A stretch of 64,000 nt of DNA from the NCBI RefSeq assembly GCF_009914755.1, contig NC_060927.1. One strand, given 5' to 3'. The stretch is from the human T2T-CHM13v2.0 reference genome, Homo sapiens. Of this stretch, positions 13,189-29,139 are shown piece after piece. Both the position numbers and the translations under genes were made by a program. The stretch's first letter is position 1. The number at the start of each line of letters is the position of its first letter. Under the pieces are notes generated by a model, which saw only the letters and a list, made by a program, of their open reading frames with translations, made no database searches and was not told the origin of the DNA.

Positions 13189-15121
13189 CAGGCATACCTT
13201 GGAGATATTATGGATTTGGTTCCAGACCACCAAAATAAAGCAAATATCACAGTAAACCTTGTCACGGTTTTCTGTTGCATATAAAAGTTATGTTTATATT
13301 ATACTGTAGTTTTTGAAGTGTGCAGTAACATTTTGTCTAAAAAACAACATACATACCTTAAAAATACTTTACTGCTAAAATGTGCTAACACCTAAACCTT
13401 CAGGGAGTAATAATCGTTTTACTGGTGGAGAATCTTACCTCAGTGTTGTGGCTGCTGACTGATCAGCATGGTGGTTGTTGGAAGTTGGGATGGCTGTGGC
13501 AATTCCTTAAAATAAGACAGCAATGAATTTTGATGCATCAATTGACTTTTTTTAATGAAAGATTTCTCTGTAGCGTGTGCTGCTGTTTGATAGCATTTTA
13601 TCCACAGTAGAACTTGCAGTATTACAGTCAATCCTCTCAAACCCTACTGCTGCTTTATCAACTAAGTTTATACAAAGTTCTAAATCTTTTGTTGTCATTT
13701 CAACAATGTTTACCGCATTTTCATCAGGAGTAGCTTCCATTTCAAGAAACCACTTTCTTTGCTCACTCAGAAGAAGTAACTCCTCATCCATTCAAGTTTT
13801 ATCCTGAGATTGCAGTCATATCTTCAGGCTTTTAGTTCTTATTTTATTTTATTTTTTGAGACGGAGTCTTGCTCTGTCACCCAGGCTGGAGTGCAGTGGC
13901 ATGATCTCGGCTCACTGCAAGCTCCACTCCTGGGTTCACACCATTCTCCTGCCTCAGCCTCCTGAGTAGCTGGGACTACAGGCCCCTGCCACCGTGCCCA
14001 GCTAGTTTTTTTGTATTTTTAGTAGAGACGAGGTTTCACCGTGTTAGCCAGGGTGGTCTTGATCTCCTGACTTTGTGATCCGGCTGCCTTGGCCTCCCAA
14101 AGTGCTGGGATTACAGGCGTGAGCCACCGTGCCTGGGCAACTTTAGTTCTTATTTTGGTTCCCTTGCTATTTCTATCACATGTGAAGTTCCTATCTCCAT
14201 TGAAGATTTGAACCACTCAAAGTTAGCCAATATGATTAGAATCAGCTTCTTCCAAACTCCTATTATTGTTAATATTTTGACCTCCTTCCATGAATCATTA
14301 ACGTTCTTAATGGCTTCTAGTATGGTGAATCCTTTCCAGAAAGTTTTCAGTTTACTTCACTTAGATCCATGAGAGGAATCACTATCTATGGCAACTACAG
14401 TTTTATGAAATGTATTTCTTAAATAAGAAGACTTGAAAGTCAAAATGATTCCTTGATCCATGGGCTGTAGAATGTGTGTTGTGTTAGCAGGCATGAAAGC
14501 CTCAATTTCATTGTATGTATCTGTCAGAGCTTTGAGGTGACCAGGTGCATTGTCGGTTAGCAGAAACATTTTGAAAGAAATCTTTTTTTCTGAGCAGTAG
14601 GTCTTAACAGTAGGCTTAAAATATTCAGTAAACTGTGCTGTAAACAGATGTGCTGTCATCCAGGCTTTGTTATTCCATTTATAGAGCACAGGAAGAATGG
14701 ATTTAGCATAATTCTTCAGGGTCCTAGAATATTGTTCTGTCTCAGGGAACAGTGATGCCTGAGGGGAGGGAGAGAGATGGAGGAATAGCCAGTGGGTGAA
14801 ACAATCAGAACATCACAACATTTATCAACTATGTTTGCTGTCTTATATGTGGGCATGGTTTGTGGCATTCCAAAGCAAGTATAATAGTGATCAAAGATCA
14901 CTGATCACAAATCACCGTGACAGATACGATAACAATGAAAAAGTTTAAAATATTGTGAGAGTTACCAAAGTGTGACACACAGATATGAAGTGAGCACATA
15001 CTGTTGGAAAAATAGTGTAGATAGCCTTGCTTGATGCAAGGTTGCCACAAACCTTCATGTAGTAGTATTTACGTGTAGTAAAATACACGTCTGTGAAGTG
15101 CAACAAAATGAGGTATGCCTA
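13189..15121 (-). mobile_element. Tigger1 (TcMar-Tigger) DNA transposon, internally deleted, transposase pseudogene
   Basis: TIRs caggcatacct (13189) and aggtatgcct(a) (15111-15121) with TA on both flanks; minus ORFs give Tigger1 transposase ([56 protein letters not shown]). Confidence 0.95.
13842..14137 (-). mobile_element. AluY nested in Tigger1
   Basis: AluY diagnostics ctgcaagctcc, ttcacaccattctcc, ccgtgttagccagg; TSD tttagttcttatttt at ~13831 and ~14142. Confidence 0.93.
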
Positions 15122-15629
15122 TAAAACATAGCCATTACCCAGTGTAAAACAATTCATATGGAAAAACTTTGTAATATACATCTGGAATATTTATATCCAA
15201 GTATTAACAGGAGTTAACCCTTGGGAAATACACAATTTTGTTCTTCGTTTTTCTGTAAGTTTTGAAACATTCTGTAATAAGCATATATTATTTTTAAATC
15301 AATAAAAACATTGTATTTTAAAAGATATGCTTCTGAAAAATGTTTGATTACACAGGGAAAAATTCTTAATATGATATTAAAAGAAAACAGACACAACATT
15401 TTATGTACGAAATTTATATGCCAAGTAAAAATGTGGGAAAATATTAGCAATATTGTTAGCATTGTTGTTTCTGGGTGGTAGGATTATTATTTATTTTTCT
15501 TCATACTTTGTATCTATTTTTTTTCCAACTTTTCTGTGGTACTCAAGCATATATGGGTAAAATGGGAAAGAGAAAACTAAAGTCAATAAGAATAAATCCT
15601 TTGTAAATAAGCCATTAATTCAGATACTG

Positions 15630-15805
15630 GCAAGTTGAGTTTAGTAGAGCTGAAGGGAAGCTTGGAGAGCAATGTTTTTAATCCCCTTACTTTACTAGCG
15701 AGGGAGAGAGGCCAAGAGGTAGTGTGATATGCTGGGAGTCACAGAGGGAGTGAGTGAGTGAAAGAATCAGGCAGAGAACCCTGATCTCCTGTCTGCATAA
15801 TTTTC
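15630..15805 (-). mobile_element. MIR fragment
   Basis: gagctgaagggaagcttggagagca...atccccttactttactagcgaggg...gaggccaagagg...ggcagagaacc. Confidence 0.55.
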
Positions 15806-16529
15806 TCACTAAATTGTATGCCTTACTGCAAATTTTGTGCAAATGCAGGTAGTTTAATGTAAACACCGAATTCCTTGTAAGGCATAGGAGTGTTCTAATT
15901 TATCCCCAGCAGCAGGGAACGTTTTATTATAACACAGAAATACCTTTGATCAGAGTAACAGTTTGTAGAGAACAACCACAACCAAACATCAATATCTGTT
16001 TTTAAAGTGGCCACAAATACCCCATGTAAGTTGGTTTGAAGTTGTCTATATGGTCCCCCTCTCCAAACAGATATACGTTTTCCCCATGTTCTCCTGGGCG
16101 TTTGGATTCGTGTCAATGGAAGTTAACAAAGTAGCCCCTGACAACTTGTACATATTCAACAGCAGATCCAACCCAATTCCAGGCAGAGGTATTTTGTTGC
16201 CATCATACAACAAGGAGGCTATGTGGATTTTTGAAGCAGTTCCCAAGTGGAAGTCCTCAGAAGTCCAGTGTTACGCTGAAATTTTCACTATCTAATTCAA
16301 ATTTTACTATTTGTGGTAATGTAATTAAAGTGAGGATATATGGAAAATTGTTTATAAAGCAAAGTTTATTCACTTTTTTGATGAATGTCATATTTTTAAG
16401 GAAAGATAGTGACAGGTGTGTGTGTGTGTCTGTATAATGTCCTTACTTGAAAAAATAAAAAACTTATGTTGATCTCCAAAATGTTTTTGAAACTTTAAAG
16501 TCTGGGACCTATTCTTTTAAGTATTAGAC

Positions 16530-16700
16530 ATAAGAATTTGGAATTAGCAGAATCAGAGTTCAAATCTGGTGTTGCCATTGACAAAGTACACTGTGTGTAC
16601 TTTGAGAAATGTATTAATATCTCTGGGTCTTTCTTTTTTTTTCATTGTAAACTAGGGAAGGTAGTTTATATTTAATCTCATAACGATTAAATATTCTTAT
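16530..16700 (+). mobile_element. MIR fragment
   Basis: gagttcaaatctggtgttgccattg...tgtgtactttgagaaatgtattaatatctctgggtct...ttcattgtaaa. Confidence 0.55.
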
Positions 16701-19260
16701 TCTCATAAAATGTGAATGTTAAATAGTTTCATCCTGATATACTTGCTACAAAATCAGGGCATAATAGAAAGCTGTGATGTGGACATTGATTGTGTGAGAT
16801 AAATTACAAATACATTACAAATTACAAATCAATAAATGTTGCTTCAATTTCCCTTGTTATTAGCACCATATAGTCATTTAAAAAAATTCCATTAGAGATG
16901 TCCTGAGGAAAATATTTTTATCATATTTAAAATTTTCTCACTATAATCATATATCTTAAAAATTAGGTCTTAAAGCTTTCACAGTAGGTTTCTAGTAGCA
17001 GTTTTCAAATAAATTCTCATATTCTGAGAACTTTAGGTTTACTTTAAAAGGATTGTTATCTAAGTCATCATCATATTCTACTGTTTTATAGCTTGACTTT
17101 GTGGCAAGTGTTTCTGGAATGGACAAAGGGAGGTGACTGTCCTGAGAGAAGAACATACTGAAGAAGTTGGTAACAGTGTCCATATGTTTGTGGAACGATA
17201 GAATATTAGAGACCACTTCACCAAACTCCCACATTTCACAGACATAACTCATGATGCTCTTGCTTCCTTGACTCTGACATTGCATTTGTTATCTTTACCT
17301 ACTCATTACTCCCTCTTGCCTGTATTACTTTCTTTAATGGTTCAGCCACTGGGGTGTCTTGCTGTCTTGTTTCCATACTATCTTCTTACTCTCTAGACTT
17401 TTGAAATAGTTTAAGTCTGCCAAGCTTTCATTCCTAAACAAAGAAACTCTAAAATCTGATTTACTCAAGAAGTCATCCATGAAAGACTGTAGGTCAAGTT
17501 AGGGTTTAAAATTTCTTTTTCCCGTTATAAAAAAACACACCAAAATCTTCAGCTAGGAGTAAATATTTATTTTACTATAGTTCAGAAATATCCATGTTTC
17601 TGAAGGTTACTTTTGATGGTGGGGTTATGATTATTAGTATGATTTATTCTTTATTTTTATTTGTTTATCTCCTTGGGAACAATTTATGTTGGAATTATCA
17701 GTGGGCTTGTTTGATATGTAAATGTAACACACAGATACACTTAACTCCTTTCTATGGTGCTGGGAGGGATTTGTCTCTTTGATGAAGTCTGGATTTGTTC
17801 AGCAAGTGTTTACAAGCACTCACTGTATGTAAGATGTGGTAGAGTTGAATTCAGCAGCTTGCAATATCAACAGATAAATAAGACAATAAGGACAGACATT
17901 GTCTTTAAAAAGTCATAGTTCTGGGAAAGATGGCTGAATAGGAACAGCTCCGGTCTGCAGCTCCCAGCAAGACCAATGCAGAAGGCAGGTGATTTCTGCA
18001 TTTCCAACTGAGGTACCCAGTTCATCTCATTGGGACTGGTTAGACAGTGGGTGCAGCCCATGGAGGGTGAGCAGAAGCAGGGTGGGGCATTGCCTCACCT
18101 GGGAAGTTCAAGGGGTCCGGGAACTCCCTCTCCTAGCCAAGGGAAGCTGTGAGGGCATGAGGGACAGTGCTATCTTTATCAGATACTTTGCTTTTCCCAT
18201 GATCTTCACAACCCACAGACCAGGAGATCCCCTCAGGTGCCTATACCACCAGGGCCTTGGGTTTTAAGCACAAAAGTGTGCAGACACTGAGCTAGCTGTA
18301 GGAGTTTTTTTTTTTTTTTCGTACCTCAGTGGTGCCTGGAACACCAGCAAGACAGAACTGTTCACTCCCCTGGAAAGGGGGCTGAAGCCAGGGAGCCAAG
18401 TGGTCTTTCTCAGCGGATCTGACCCTCATGGAGCCCAGCAAGCTAAGATCCACTGGCTTGAAATTCTCGCTGCCAGCACAGCAGTCTGAAGTCCACCAGG
18501 GATGCTCAAGCTTGGTTGGGGGAGGGGACTCCACCATTACCAAGGCTTGAGTAGGCAGCTTTCCCCTCACAGCATAAACAAAGCTGCAGGGAAGTTTGGA
18601 CCAGGCAGAGCCCACCGCAGCTAGGCAAAGCCACTGTAGCCAGACCGCCTCTCTAGATTCCTCCTTTCTGGGCAGGGCATCTCTGAAAGAAAGGCAGCAG
18701 CCCCAGTCAGGGGCTTATAGATAAAACTCCCATCTCCCTGGGACAGAGCTCCCTGGACAGAGCACCCCGGAGGAAGGGGTGGCCGTGGGTACAGCTTCAG
18801 CAGATATAAAGTTTCCTGCCTGCTGGCTCTGAAGAGAGCAGCAGATCTCTCAGCACAGCACTCGAGCTCTGCTAAGGGACGGACTGCCTCCTCAAGTGGG
18901 TCCCTGACCCCCATGCCTCCTGAAGGGGAGACATCTCCCAGCAGGGGTCAACAGACGCTTCATACAGGAGAGCTCCAGCTGGCATCTGGTGGGTGCCCCT
19001 CTGGGAAGAAGCTTCAAGAGGAAGGAGCAGGCAACAATCTTCACTGTTCTGCAGCCTCCGCTGGTGATACCCAGGCAAACAGGGTCTGGAGTGGACCCCT
19101 GGCAAACTCCAGCAGACCTGCAGAAGAGGGGCCTGACTGTTAGAAGAAAAACCAACAAACAGAAAGCAATAGCATCAACATCAACAAAAAGGAAGACCGT
19201 GCAAAAACTCCATCCGAAGGTCACCAACAGCAAAGACCATAGGTAGATAAATCCAACAAG

Positions 19261-20286
19261 ATGAGGAAAAACCAGCACAAAAAGGCTGAAAATTCCAAAA
19301 ACCAGAATGCCTCTTCTCCTCCAAAAGATCACAACTCCTCGCCAGGAAAGGAACAAAACTGGACAGAGAATGAGTTTGATGAATTGACAGAAGTAGGTGT
19401 CAGAAGGTGGGTAATAACACTTTAACTCCTCCAAGGTAAAGGAGCATGTTCTAACCCAATGCAAGGATGCTAAAAACCTTGATAAAAAGTTAGAGGAATT
19501 GCTAACTAGAATAACCAGTTTATAGAAAAACATAAATGACTTGATGGAGCTGAAAAACATAGCACGAGAACTTTGTGAAGCATACACAAGTATCAATAGC
19601 CAAATCAATCAACTGGAAGAAAGGATATCAGAGATTGAAGATCAACTTAGTAAAATAAAGCATGAAGACAAGATTAGAGAAAAAAGAATGAAAAGGAATG
19701 AACAAAGCCTACAAGAAATATGGGACTATGTGAAAAGACCAAATCTACGTTTGGTCTACCTGAAAGTGATGGGGAGAATGGAACGAAGTTGGAAAACACA
19801 CTTCAGGATATTATGCAGGAAAACTTCTGCAACCTAGCAAGACAGGACAACATTCAAATTAAGGAAATACAGAGAACACCACAAAGATACTCCTCTAGAA
19901 GAGCAACCCCAAGACACATAATTGTCAGATTCACCAAGGTTGAAATGAAGGAAAAAATGTTAAGGGCAGCCAGAAAGAAAGGTTGGGTTACCCACAAAAG
20001 AAAGCCAATCAGACTGATAGCAGATCTCTCTGCAGAAACCCTACAAGCCGGAAGATAGTGGGGGCCAATATTCAACATTCTTAAAGAAAATAATTTTCAA
20101 CCCAGAATTTCATATCCAGCAAAACTAAGCTTCATAAGTGAAGGAGCAATAAAATCCCTTATAGGCAAGCAAATGCCGAGGGATTTTGTCACCACCAGGC
20201 CTGCCTTACAAGAGCTCATGAGGGAAGGACTAAATATGGAAAGAAATAACCAATACCAGCCACTGCAAAAACAAACCAAAATGTAA
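19261..20286 (+). pseudogene. LINE-1 ORF1p, disrupted
   Basis: Starts atgaggaaaaaccagcac, ends aaaatgtaa; fragments QLEERISEIEDQL, EQSLQEIWDYVKRPNLRL and RRATPRHIIVRFTKVEMKEKMLRAAR lie in different frames with stops. Confidence 0.92.
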
Positions 20287-20349
20287 AGACCATCAACAGT
20301 ATGAAGAAACTGCATCAACTAATGAGCAAAATAACCAGCTAGCATCATA

Positions 20350-24136
<3,787 letters not shown>

Positions 24137-24494
24137 ACAATGAGGCACAGGGAGGGAAACATAATACACTGGGGCCTGTTAGGGGTTCGGGGGCAAGGGG
24201 AGGGATAGCATTAGGGGAAATACCTAATGTGGATGACAGGTTGATGGGTGCAGCAAACCACCCTGGCACATGTATACCTATGTAACAAACCTGTACGTTC
24301 TGCACATGTATCCCAGAACTTACAGAATTAACTATTAAAAAAAAGTCACAGTTAAAAGTGAAGGTGGGTTTTTAATTTATTTATTAGGACAAACCCCACA
24401 TGCTTTGTAATATTAGCCAACTGATTGTTCGAGTGGCAGCCAGTTGATGTAAGACAAGTTGTTCACAGGTAGAGAAGAGCCAATTCTTTTTAAA

Positions 24495-24660
24495 AAATTT
24501 TTATTTTAATTAACAATTACTAAGTGTATATATTATGTGGTACAATGTGATGTTTGATATATGTTTACAATGTGGAATGATTAAATCAGGGTAATTAAAT
24601 CCATCACTTCATATACTTACCTTTTTTTTTTAAGTGAAAACATTTAAAATATATTCTGTT
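24495..24660 (-). mobile_element. L1MA-type 3' end fragment
   Basis: tgtatatattatgtggtacaatgtgatgtttgatatatgtttacaatgtggaatgattaaatc...ccatcacttcatatactta. Confidence 0.7.
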
Positions 24661-26051
24661 AATATGCACTGAGCATCGGTGGAGTCATCTAAGGCTATAG
24701 GGTCAGGGAGTGCTGACCAATGGGAGCCAGGTGTTTTTGGGAGACTGAGGGTAGTTTTGGAAAAAAGGGTACAAGGAAAGGTTGAGGAATTAATCAATTT
24801 ATTAACCATCTACTGTGTGTGAGCCTTTCTGGTGCATATTGGGTATGCGAGATGAATAAAAAAAGTTTCATTCCTTGGACACGTTTAGAGGTAGAAAGGG
24901 ATGTATAAACAAGTAGTTGAAGAACTATGATAGCTATAATGGATGACTTCATTCATAACACATTCTTATCCAAAGTTTGAGTGCCATGTTCTGGGCAGAT
25001 TTGCTTGAAGGGTCTTCCCTGACATCTGTTTTTTTCTTAGGGCTTTGGATTCCTCAGATCTGATGCTTTAGGCTTATTTTTTCTTTTGTTGTTTGATTTT
25101 ATATAAGCCTGATTAATCATGTTTTTTTTTTTCATTGACATAAGCCTGAAACTACGTCTATAGGTACGGTGTGAAACTTAGCAGTTTCTAGGATCCAGTG
25201 ATATATTTGCTGTGGTGGAGCCAATTGATGAAGCCCAGAGTGCCAGCAGGCATTGCATAAAATTTTATTCTTCACTAGGTGGTCCAGTGCTTGAACACTG
25301 TTGGTATCACCAATTCCAGATGCTCAAATTGAATGGGCAGGACTGTATTCTTTGATTTAAGGTGTGTGGACAGTTTGTCCAATTCCAGAGGCATTCGGAC
25401 TTTGGAATTTGTAGGCTGAGAGAGCTACTTATCTGAAATAAAGGTGGCTGGCACAGACAGGCTGAGGGCCCAGCATGGAGGGAAGAGAAGAAGCAGAAAG
25501 CCTTCCAAGAAGAAGCTGAACATTGACCTAGTTATTTTGATGGCATGCTCTGTTGCATTTCCCCTTCAGGCCAAGCCCAGGCTCCCTGATATAAAATTGA
25601 GGAACTCACTGCCAAGCACTTAAAGTTTGGGGATTTTACAAGTGTTTTTCTTTTTTTTCTTTCTTTATTTTTTTGTTCAGTAAGAATGCACTGCTCAATC
25701 AAGCAATATCTGTCCTCAAGCTGAAAATAGGCATAGTAATTAGGATTATTTGTGTTAAATTGATGAGTTCAGAGAGGAGTGGACAAGCAGAGGGTGAGAG
25801 GCAAAGCCATCTGGCTTCTGTGTGCCATGCCCTTCAGGATCTGGAGAGCCTTTTGGGACATATGGGAAAGAGTGTGGATAGAGTGTGGGGGCTGAAGAAA
25901 TGTAGGCAGGTGCAGTTCTGTCCGTTTATTCTCTTGGGCTCTTTGCCAAAAGCATGCTCCCTTTCCCCTTTAGTGATAAGAACTGCTTTTCCTAACAGTC
26001 TATCTCCATATTTCTTTGGGGCCATTTCTTGGGCTTGTAGGCCAAACTATG

Positions 26052-26280
26052 GTGCAAGATTAATCAATATTGGTGCTATTGGCATTTTGAGGCAGATAAT
26101 TCTTTATTGGGGAGGAGGTGGGGCTGTCCTGGGCGTTATAGAATCTTAGCATATCTTTGATATCTACGCATTAGATAGGTAACTCCTAGGCACTTCCTTG
26201 CCTGATTTATGACAATCTAAAATCTCTCCAGACATTAGCAAATATCTCCTAGAAGGCAAGCTCTTTTAGAAATCAGTGCT
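26052..26280. mobile_element. MER20 hAT-Charlie MITE
   Basis: ggtgctattggcattttgaggcagataattctttattgggg...ggctgtcctgggc...tctccagacattagcaaatatctcct. Confidence 0.75.
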
Positions 26281-26789
26281 ATAGAACTATGAAGCAATCC
26301 ATCCTTCTCAAAGGCTGAACGTGGAACTTCACCTTGCTGAATCTGAAGCAGAGAACCATCCAGATTCCTTCTTCAGACCTTTAATGTCATTCTTACACAG
26401 AAATGATCATAATGGTACAATGCTGTAAAGACTATTACCGAGTATTGTTACTAAGGTCTCAATAAGAAATATACACACTGAATCTGAGGGTGATATTCTT
26501 AACAGTTTATAAACTCTGAATAACTTTTCAGATTCTTTATTTTTATTCATCTGTAGAGTATATGAAAAGGAATCAAGGAAAATAAGACTAGAAAGTCAAG
26601 TTGGTGCTGGACTCTGAAGAGTCTTGGCTGTGGGGCTAAGAGTTAAGACTTTATTCTGTAGACAATGGAAGACATATTGAAGAATTCCTTAAATTCTTCT
26701 GTTTGCTACCATTACTCTGCACAAACTTTTCACTCTGGCCAAATTGATCTCCCCAAAGATATATGACAAAGCTGTGTTTATGTCTACTC

Positions 26790-27215
26790 TGTAGAGGATG
26801 GTGTGGTGCACTGCCCAACTCCCCTCTTGGGAATCCCCCCAACTACTGATAGCATTGCCTGCTGATAGCTCCTGGCTGAGTCCCTCTGCAGGAATTGCCC
26901 TCAGCTGAAAGGAACTACCTCACCCAAGGTTATGGCTCCTTCCTGAAAACAGCCTACATTCAGTGACTGGTCACTTTGAGGGAATAAGGGCCTAATCCTT
27001 TTGCCTTAATTGGGGCAGCTCTGAAGAGCCACTGCAGCTTTAGAGCTCTCATGAGATCAGCTGGATCCTTGGCAGCAACTGTGTTGATGGTCAACTTTCT
27101 CCCACTGTTTAATCTTTTTTTCCTCATCCCTTTGTGGGTGTTGATCCTAAAAGCAATTCCCCATAAACTATATGTGTATAAATTTTTGTCTCAGGATTCC
27201 AAAGGATCTTAAAGA
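26790..27215 (+). mobile_element. LTR16-family (ERVL) solo LTR
   Basis: tgtagaggatgg...ggaattgccctcagctgaaaggaact...cccaaggtta...gggtgttgatcctaaaagc...ccccataaac. Confidence 0.7.
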
Positions 27216-27486
27216 AGCCTTCAGGCCTTACCTCTAATGATCCCCAACCTGGAATGCTTTCTTTCTTCCTTTCCATCTATCCCTGAAAGCCTAACAAAAG
27301 TCTCACCCACCTACTTAATAAAACTGTCCCAGGCCATTCTTGTCATGCCTGGTACAAATGGTGGCTAAGACAGTAGAATCAAAGGGTATGCTGAATCGCT
27401 ACAAGAAACAGGGAGCAGGTGACAGGTTTCGTTTTTGATCTGAGAATGAGTTGGTAGAGTGGGATATGGCTTTATAGTACACATTA

Positions 27487-28480
27487 TGAGTTGTACCCAA
27501 TATCCATCATGTCTTCTTCTGCAGTAGTAGAACCCTTAATATTTGGTTGGGCACATGGCTAGCCAGAATAAAAACTACATATCATCTCCCTTGAAAATGA
27601 TGCAGTCATGGGATTAAGTTCTAGCCAATAGTCTGTGAGCTGCGGCAAAATATTCAACTTCCAGTGATGTCTTTAGAAAAGGTGGGTATTCTTTCTTTCC
27701 CTTTCTTGTAAGTTTTGATGTTTGGAATATGGATACATGGTGAGACATAGATCATGAACATGAGGGAGAGACTGTCAAGATGATTGAGTAGCAAGTTAGT
27801 AGAAGCTTGGAGTAGTGGAGTAGAACTGACATATTATGTCTGAATCATCTGCTTCGTGACCACAATGTGTGAGAGAGAATACACTTCCGCACTGTTTAGA
27901 TCACTGTTAATTTAGGTCTCTGTGTTAGTCAGCTCAGAAGAAGTTATTCTGCAAAAATAGATGACCCTCAAATCTTAGTATTAATAGTTTAAATCCTTTG
28001 AATTGCCAAAAGAATCATCAGTCCACAAGGAAGGTATGTGTTTCAATGCTCTCTTCAGATGTAACAAAGGAGTTTAATTGAAAAGGATGGGTTCTTCTAG
28101 AGGGTGGAGCAAAGATCCCTGGGGAACAGTGGGTAGGTGAGCAACTCACAGGTTAAAGCACAAAAGACAAATAGAGGCACATTATATTGTGCACCCAGGG
28201 TCTTGATCACAACATCTTCCCAGCAGGATTTCAGGATTGCAATGGACCAGAGGCTGCTGTGTACCTCCCATCCTTCCTTTTTCTAAATGAAAGAGTTTAT
28301 TTCTGAATGAGGTGTTTACTGTAGTTATCTTGCTCTCTTATTCAACTGCTACATATTGGATGTGTGGGAGGGCAGATAACTTGTATTTTTAAGTTTCTGA
28401 GTCTCCAGATCAAGTTGTGCCACCTCTGGATCTCATGTAGATAACTCCATGCATCAGCTAAAGATTATGGACTTGGAGCT
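27487..28480 (+). mobile_element. MLT1 MaLR LTR (~27487-27935) followed by MaLR LTR/internal fragments
   Basis: tgggcacatggctagccagaataaaactacat...attaagttctagccaat...tgtttagatcactgttaatttaggtctct; MaLR-internal-like ggatttcaggattgcaatggaccag and gattatggacttggagcttgat. Confidence 0.55.
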
Positions 28481-28489
28481 TGATACCTT

Positions 28490-28840
28490 TTATTCCTCTC
28501 CACTCCCTGCTGGTCCCTCTTGTCTTCCCTTTCTCTTTCTGCCCCTCTCTTTCTCTCCCCCTCCCTCCTTATCTTTTCTCCTTCCTCCTTTCCTCATCTC
28601 CCTTTCTTTTTCCTTTTTTAAGAGACAGGGTCTTGCTATGTTGTCCAGGCTGGACTCAAATTCCTAATTCCTGGGCTCAACTGATCCTCTTGCCTCAGCT
28701 TCCCTGAGTAGCTGGAACTACAGGCCCATGCCACTCTGCCCAGCTTCCCTTCCTTTCTACTTCTTTCTTTCCTTCCTCATCCCCTTCTTTTTTCTGCTTT
28801 TCTCTCTCCCTCTCTCATTCCCTTCATTTCTTTGTTTCTG
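28490..28840 (-). mobile_element. FLAM/monomeric Alu (28616-28745) embedded in CT-rich low-complexity DNA
   Basis: agagacagggtcttgctatgttgtccaggctggactcaaa...gagtagctggaactacaggcccatgccactctgcccagc, single monomer, polypyrimidine on both flanks. Confidence 0.85.
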
Positions 28841-29139
28841 TTATTTATACTTTTTTGTCTGTTTATGTGATTCTCACTGTGATTAATCTAGTTCACATTT
28901 AGTGTGTGAATCTTGAACAGAATTTCTCTTTGCTCAGGTATAATATTTGTGAATTCTTCTTTATTCCTCCCCTTGCACCGCTGCACACCTGCTTACATTT
29001 TTCCTAAACTGGAGTTTCAGGGTTTGGCATTTTATCTCAACCACTTTTCTATGGCCTGAGATTTTGGAGGCTGGGAGATGGGAATAATCATTTATTGAAG
29101 AACTAGGTTCATCCTGATTTATTACACCACTGATTACTT

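Noticed and set aside
14357-14689. DDE transposase ORF resembling TIGD/CENP-B family genes
   Set aside because: Fragment of a frameshifted, internally deleted, Alu-interrupted Tigger1 with TIRs, not a domesticated gene.
16085-16140. Minus-frame GYFVNFH*HES resembling the parvoviral capsid motif GYFDFNRFHCHFS
   Set aside because: The match is short, needs gaps, and flanking residues do not continue the similarity; insufficient to call an endogenous viral element without a search.
18892-19608. 238-aa hydrophobic minus-strand ORF
   Set aside because: Antisense to the L1 5'UTR/ORF1; such ORFs are a routine by-product of A-rich L1 sequence.
25130-25450. Exon-like unique sequence with acceptor-like ttttattcttcactag
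   Set aside because: No recognisable peptide in the plus-strand frames I translated and no convincing paired donor site.
25673-26149. 158-aa plus ORF
   Set aside because: Non-ATG start, runs from MIR-like sequence into MER20, and has no recognisable domain.
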